Assembly: GCA_965217095.1 (NCBI GenBank)
Contig: OZ244235.1
Span: forward strand, 4,488,175 to 4,552,174
Direction: 5' to 3'
Origin: Candidatus Latescibacterota bacterium
GTDB lineage: Bacteria; Latescibacterota; UBA2968; UBA8231
DNA: 64,000 bases
Shown in pieces: positions 60,886-64,000 of this stretch. Both the position numbers and the translations under genes were made by a program. Numbering within the stretch: position 1 is the stretch's first letter; each line of letters starts with the position of its first letter. The notes under the pieces are model-generated. The model did no database searches. It saw nothing but the letters and a program-made list of their open reading frames with translations, and was not told the DNA's origin.

Positions 60886-62589
60886 ATGAACGGGCTGGCT
60901 CACGATCTTCTAATCGTCGGTGGTGGCGGCGCTGGACTGCGGGCGGCCATCGCCGCCGCCGAAGCGCATCCGGATCTGACGATAGGTCTGCTTTCGAAGG
61001 TCTATCCGATGCGCAGCCACACGGTTTCGGCGGAAGGCGGGGCGGCCGCCGTTATGCGCGAAGAGGACAGCTTCGATTCCCACGCCTTCGATACAATAAA
61101 GGGGAGTGATTTTCTCGCTGATCAGGACGCGGTCGAAGCGTTCGTCCAGGAAGCGCCGGCCGAGATTGTCCAGATGGAGCATTGGGGGTGTCCCTGGAGT
61201 CGGGATCCCGACGGCAAAGTCAGCGTGCGGGCGTTTGGGGGAATGAGTACAAAGCGCACCGTGTACGCTGCTGACAAAACCGGATTCCACATGTTGCACA
61301 CGCTCTTTCAGACTTCTCTAAAGTATGACAGCATAGAGAGATACGATGAGTGGTACGCGACGGCTCTGTTGCTGGACGACGACCGGGTTCAAGGCGTGGC
61401 GGCGCTGAACCTGCGTTCCGGCGACTTCCACGCGCTGCCGGCCAAAGCGGTGATCCTCTGTACGGGTGGTGGTGGGCGAATTTTTCCGTTCACGACCAAT
61501 GCCGCCATAAAGACAGGCGACGGCGTGTCGCTGGCCTACCGCGCCGGATGTCCCCTAAAAGACATGGAGTTTGTGCAGTATCACCCAACCGGTCTTCCGG
61601 GCACCGGCATTCTCATGACCGAGGCTTCCCGGGGCGAAGGGGGGTATCTGACCAATAAGGACGGGGAGCGCTATCTCGAGCGTTATCTTCCCGAAAAAAT
61701 GGAGTTGGGACCCCGGGACATGGTGTCGCGCGCTTTCGTACACGAGGAAAAGGCCGGCCGCGTCTACGAGGGCAAGTACGGCAGTTACATTCACCTCGAT
61801 CTGCGTCACCTGGGGGAAAAGGTGATTGATGAGCGGATCCCTTTTGTCCGGGAGTTGGCCAAGAATTACGTTGGCATCGATCCGGTGCACGAACCGATTC
61901 CGGTGCGGCCGGTAGTGCATTACATGATGGGGGGCGTCAGCACCAACATCCATGGAAAAACGCCAGTCGATGGGCTCTACGCCGCCGGCGAAACCGCCTG
62001 CGTGTCCATCAACGGAGCCAACCGACTGGGATCGAACTCGCTGGTGGAGTGTCTCGTGTTCGGTGCCCGCGCCGGCCTAGCAGCCGCGCAATACACCATG
62101 GAGCAGGAGTTCGGGTCCTCCGGGGTGCTCGATCAGCTGGTGCAGTTCGAGGAGCTGGAGATGCGCGAGAAATTCAGCACCGACGGTTCGGAGAGCATCG
62201 CCGGCATTCGCACCGAGTTGCAGACGGCGATGGAAAAGGGCGCCGGCATCTATCGGGAAGAGACAGAGCTAAAGGCCGCGTGCGAGCAAGTTGCCTCCCT
62301 CCAAGAGCGATACCAAAATCTACGGGTCGAAGACAGCTCGGAGGTCTATAACACCGAGCTCATCTCCGCCATCGAACTGGGCTGCATGTTGGATGTGGCC
62401 GAAGCGGTGGCCAACTCTGCATACAAACGGCAAGAGTCTCGGGGCTCGCACGCGCGCTCCGATTTCGAGTCGAGGGATGACGATCGTTTTCTCAATCACT
62501 CCCTCGCGTTCTGGACCGAGGAGGGACCCCAAATCGAATACGCTCCGGTTACGATTACGCGTTGGCAACCGGAGGAACGGACGTATTGA
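60886..62589 (+). CDS. frdA: Fumarate reductase / succinate dehydrogenase flavoprotein subunit.
   Basis: [18 protein letters not shown] motif. HPTG. RSH…. Followed by FrdB/C/D-type genes. Confidence 0.85.
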   Translation: MNGLAHDLLIVGGGGAGLRAAIAAAEAHPDLTIGLLSKVYPMRSHTVSAEGGAAAVMREEDSFDSHAFDTIKGSDFLADQDAVEAFVQEAPAEIVQMEHWGCPWSRDPDGKVSVRAFGGMSTKRTVYAADKTGFHMLHTLFQTSLKYDSIERYDEWYATALLLDDDRVQGVAALNLRSGDFHALPAKAVILCTGGGGRIFPFTTNAAIKTGDGVSLAYRAGCPLKDMEFVQYHPTGLPGTGILMTEASRGEGGYLTNKDGERYLERYLPEKMELGPRDMVSRAFVHEEKAGRVYEGKYGSYIHLDLRHLGEKVIDERIPFVRELAKNYVGIDPVHEPIPVRPVVHYMMGGVSTNIHGKTPVDGLYAAGETACVSINGANRLGSNSLVECLVFGARAGLAAAQYTMEQEFGSSGVLDQLVQFEELEMREKFSTDGSESIAGIRTELQTAMEKGAGIYREETELKAACEQVASLQERYQNLRVEDSSEVYNTELISAIELGCMLDVAEAVANSAYKRQESRGSHARSDFESRDDDRFLNHSLAFWTEEGPQIEYAPVTITRWQPEERTY

Positions 62590-62639
62590 CTTACCATTGT
62601 GCACCGCGCCGCGTCGGGCGAACAAACTAACGGGAACAG

Positions 62640-63386
62640 ATGAGCGAACAGACGATCGGACTGCGCGTCAGCCGATTCAACCCCCAAAAGGACAGCGAGC
62701 CGAGCGAACAGCGGTACGAGGTGCCGTACAACGAGGACTGGGTGGTGTTAGACGCGTTGAACCATGTGAAAGAACAGATGGACGGCACCCTTTCCTACCG
62801 CTGGTCCTGTCGCATGGGGGTATGCGGAAGTTGCGGAATGATGGTCAACGGGGTGCCCAAGCTAACCTGCGCGGTCTTTCTGCGCGATTACTACCCCAAC
62901 GAGATCCGCATCGAGCCACTGGCCAACTTTGCCGTCGTCCGCGACCTGGTGATCGAACTCGACGATTTTGTCGGTCGGTTGCAGGCGGTGAAACCATGGC
63001 TGATTCGCGACGAGGAAACGCCGGTAGAGCAGGGCGAGTACCTCCAGTCACCGGATGAACTGGACGAGTTCAAACAGTTCAGTATGTGCATAAATTGCGC
63101 TCTGTGTTATGCGGCTTGCCCGGTCTTCGGTCCGGATTCTGACTTTATCGGTCCGGCAGCACTGGCGTTGGCCCATCGCTACAACATGGATTCCCGCGAC
63201 CACGGCGAAGATCAGCGCAAAGAGGTGGTGGCCAGCGAGGAAGGGATCTGGAACTGCACCTTCGTCGGCGAGTGCTCCACCGTATGTCCGAAGGATGTGG
63301 ATCCCGCCGCCGCCATCCAACGAACCAAGGTCTCCACCACGGCGAACTGGTTCAAATCGCTACTGATGCCCCGGGGACAACAATGA
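62640..63386 (+). CDS. frdB: Fumarate reductase iron-sulfur subunit.
   Basis: CRMGVCGSCGMMVNG. CINCALCYAACP. Cys clusters. Confidence 0.85.
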   Translation: MSEQTIGLRVSRFNPQKDSEPSEQRYEVPYNEDWVVLDALNHVKEQMDGTLSYRWSCRMGVCGSCGMMVNGVPKLTCAVFLRDYYPNEIRIEPLANFAVVRDLVIELDDFVGRLQAVKPWLIRDEETPVEQGEYLQSPDELDEFKQFSMCINCALCYAACPVFGPDSDFIGPAALALAHRYNMDSRDHGEDQRKEVVASEEGIWNCTFVGECSTVCPKDVDPAAAIQRTKVSTTANWFKSLLMPRGQQ

Positions 63387-63811
63387 ATACCCACCGCCGC
63401 CGCCGCCAGAATGAGGCCGGCTACTACAAATACGATCTTTACAAACCTGAGAAACCGGCCACCTGGTGGCTGCGCAACGGCAAATATTTTCTGTTTATGA
63501 TGCGCGAAGTGAGCAGCGCCGTGATCGCCACTTTCTTGCTGCTTTACGTCTACGAATTCTTTCTCCTGAGCAAAGGAGAGACGATATTTAACACCTTTCA
63601 GGGGTCTCTGAGAAAACCTGCATTTCTGGTGTTCTACGGGGTGGTTTTTCTTTTTGCAGTGTATCACTCGGTAACCTGGCTTGCCGTGGTCGGCCGCGTT
63701 CAGGTCGTGCGTCTCGGCAATCTTACCGTGCCGCCATCTTTGGTGACGGGGAGTGCGTTCGCTGGCTGGGCGGTGGTTAGCGTGGTCTTGGCGATTTACT
63801 TAATGGGGTAG
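63383..63811 (+). CDS. frdC: Fumarate reductase membrane anchor subunit C (E. coli type).
   Basis: …KYDLYKPEKPATWWLRNGKYFLFMMREVSSAV… resembles E. coli FrdC (…[32 protein letters not shown]…). Confidence 0.7.
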   Translation: MNTHRRRRQNEAGYYKYDLYKPEKPATWWLRNGKYFLFMMREVSSAVIATFLLLYVYEFFLLSKGETIFNTFQGSLRKPAFLVFYGVVFLFAVYHSVTWLAVVGRVQVVRLGNLTVPPSLVTGSAFAGWAVVSVVLAIYLMG

Positions 63812-63814
63812 CCG

Positions 63815-64000
63815 ATGTACAAGATGGATAAAAAGGAACCGTTTTGGTGGGGCCTGTTCTCGGCCGGTGGCGTCGTCGCCGCTCTCTTCGTTCCCATTCA
63901 CGTCTTCGTGGACGGTCTGGCGGTGCCACTTGGATTGATGGATGAGAGCGCGGTTTCTTTCGAGCGCATGCGCGGTCTTTTGGTACACCCGGCAGCCAGG
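63815..64000 (+). CDS. frdD: Fumarate reductase membrane anchor subunit D. 5' partial at the window edge.
   Basis: MYKMDKKEPFWWGLFSAGGVVAALFVPIHVFVDGLAVPLGL…SFERM resembles E. coli FrdD (…[21 protein letters not shown]…LPLGL…SYERV). Confidence 0.65.
   Translation, partial: MYKMDKKEPFWWGLFSAGGVVAALFVPIHVFVDGLAVPLGLMDESAVSFERMRGLLVHPAAR

Overview
The window has two parts. Positions ~40.4–64 kb are a conserved, apparently intact origin-proximal core. Positions 1–~40.4 kb are a mosaic, heavily decayed accessory/defence island that abuts two tandem tRNA-Ser genes.

The core contains tRNA-Ser(GCU) and tRNA-Ser(UGA), then gyrA, gyrB, a DUF721 gene, recF, dnaN and dnaA on the minus strand. An AT-rich, DnaA-box-containing dnaA–dnaN spacer is the oriC candidate. 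rpmH, rnpA, yidD, yidC, mnmE and rsmG diverge from dnaA on the plus strand. They are followed by a CDP-alcohol phosphatidyltransferase, tmk, ctpA, rng, rplU, rpmA and an E. coli-type frdABCD operon.

The island contains many fragmented restriction/defence genes:
- a type IIG/PglX-like N6-adenine methyltransferase (MTase) pseudogene preceded by a PLD-nuclease/helicase-C remnant and a Cys-rich zinc-ribbon gene;
- a second PglX-like MTase fragment;
- a type I hsdR fragment;
- a truncated VapC next to an intact Phd-like antitoxin;
- a Zorya-like zorA/zorB remnant;
- YafJ-type amidotransferase and GGCT-like pseudogenes;
- a frameshifted WD40 protein with a T9SS C-terminal sorting domain.

These genes are broken up by nested mobile DNA. 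There are two different IS256-family elements. Each has its transposase gene split at the same codon (WADGI|Y) by a copy of one ~1.9-kb group II intron, and both intron-encoded proteins are defective. One copy also carries an IS1595-family insertion with a 9-bp target-site duplication. Other elements are an ISKra4-like IS, a 3.2-kb IS1595-family unit with 25-bp perfect inverted repeats carrying passenger genes (including a retropepsin-like protease), and remnants of IS1380, IS481 and IS3 elements.

The most interesting apparently intact locus is a lower-GC four-gene, overlapping minus-strand operon at 11.5–16.9 kb. It encodes an alpha-class DNA MTase, a protein with a PRTase/MTase-motif-I-like signature, a 679-aa P-loop NTPase and a 325-aa unknown protein. 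I could not match it to a described defence system.

A low-GC cassette gene flanked by ~85-bp direct repeats, each encoding a serine-recombinase 5' end, is a second notable structure.
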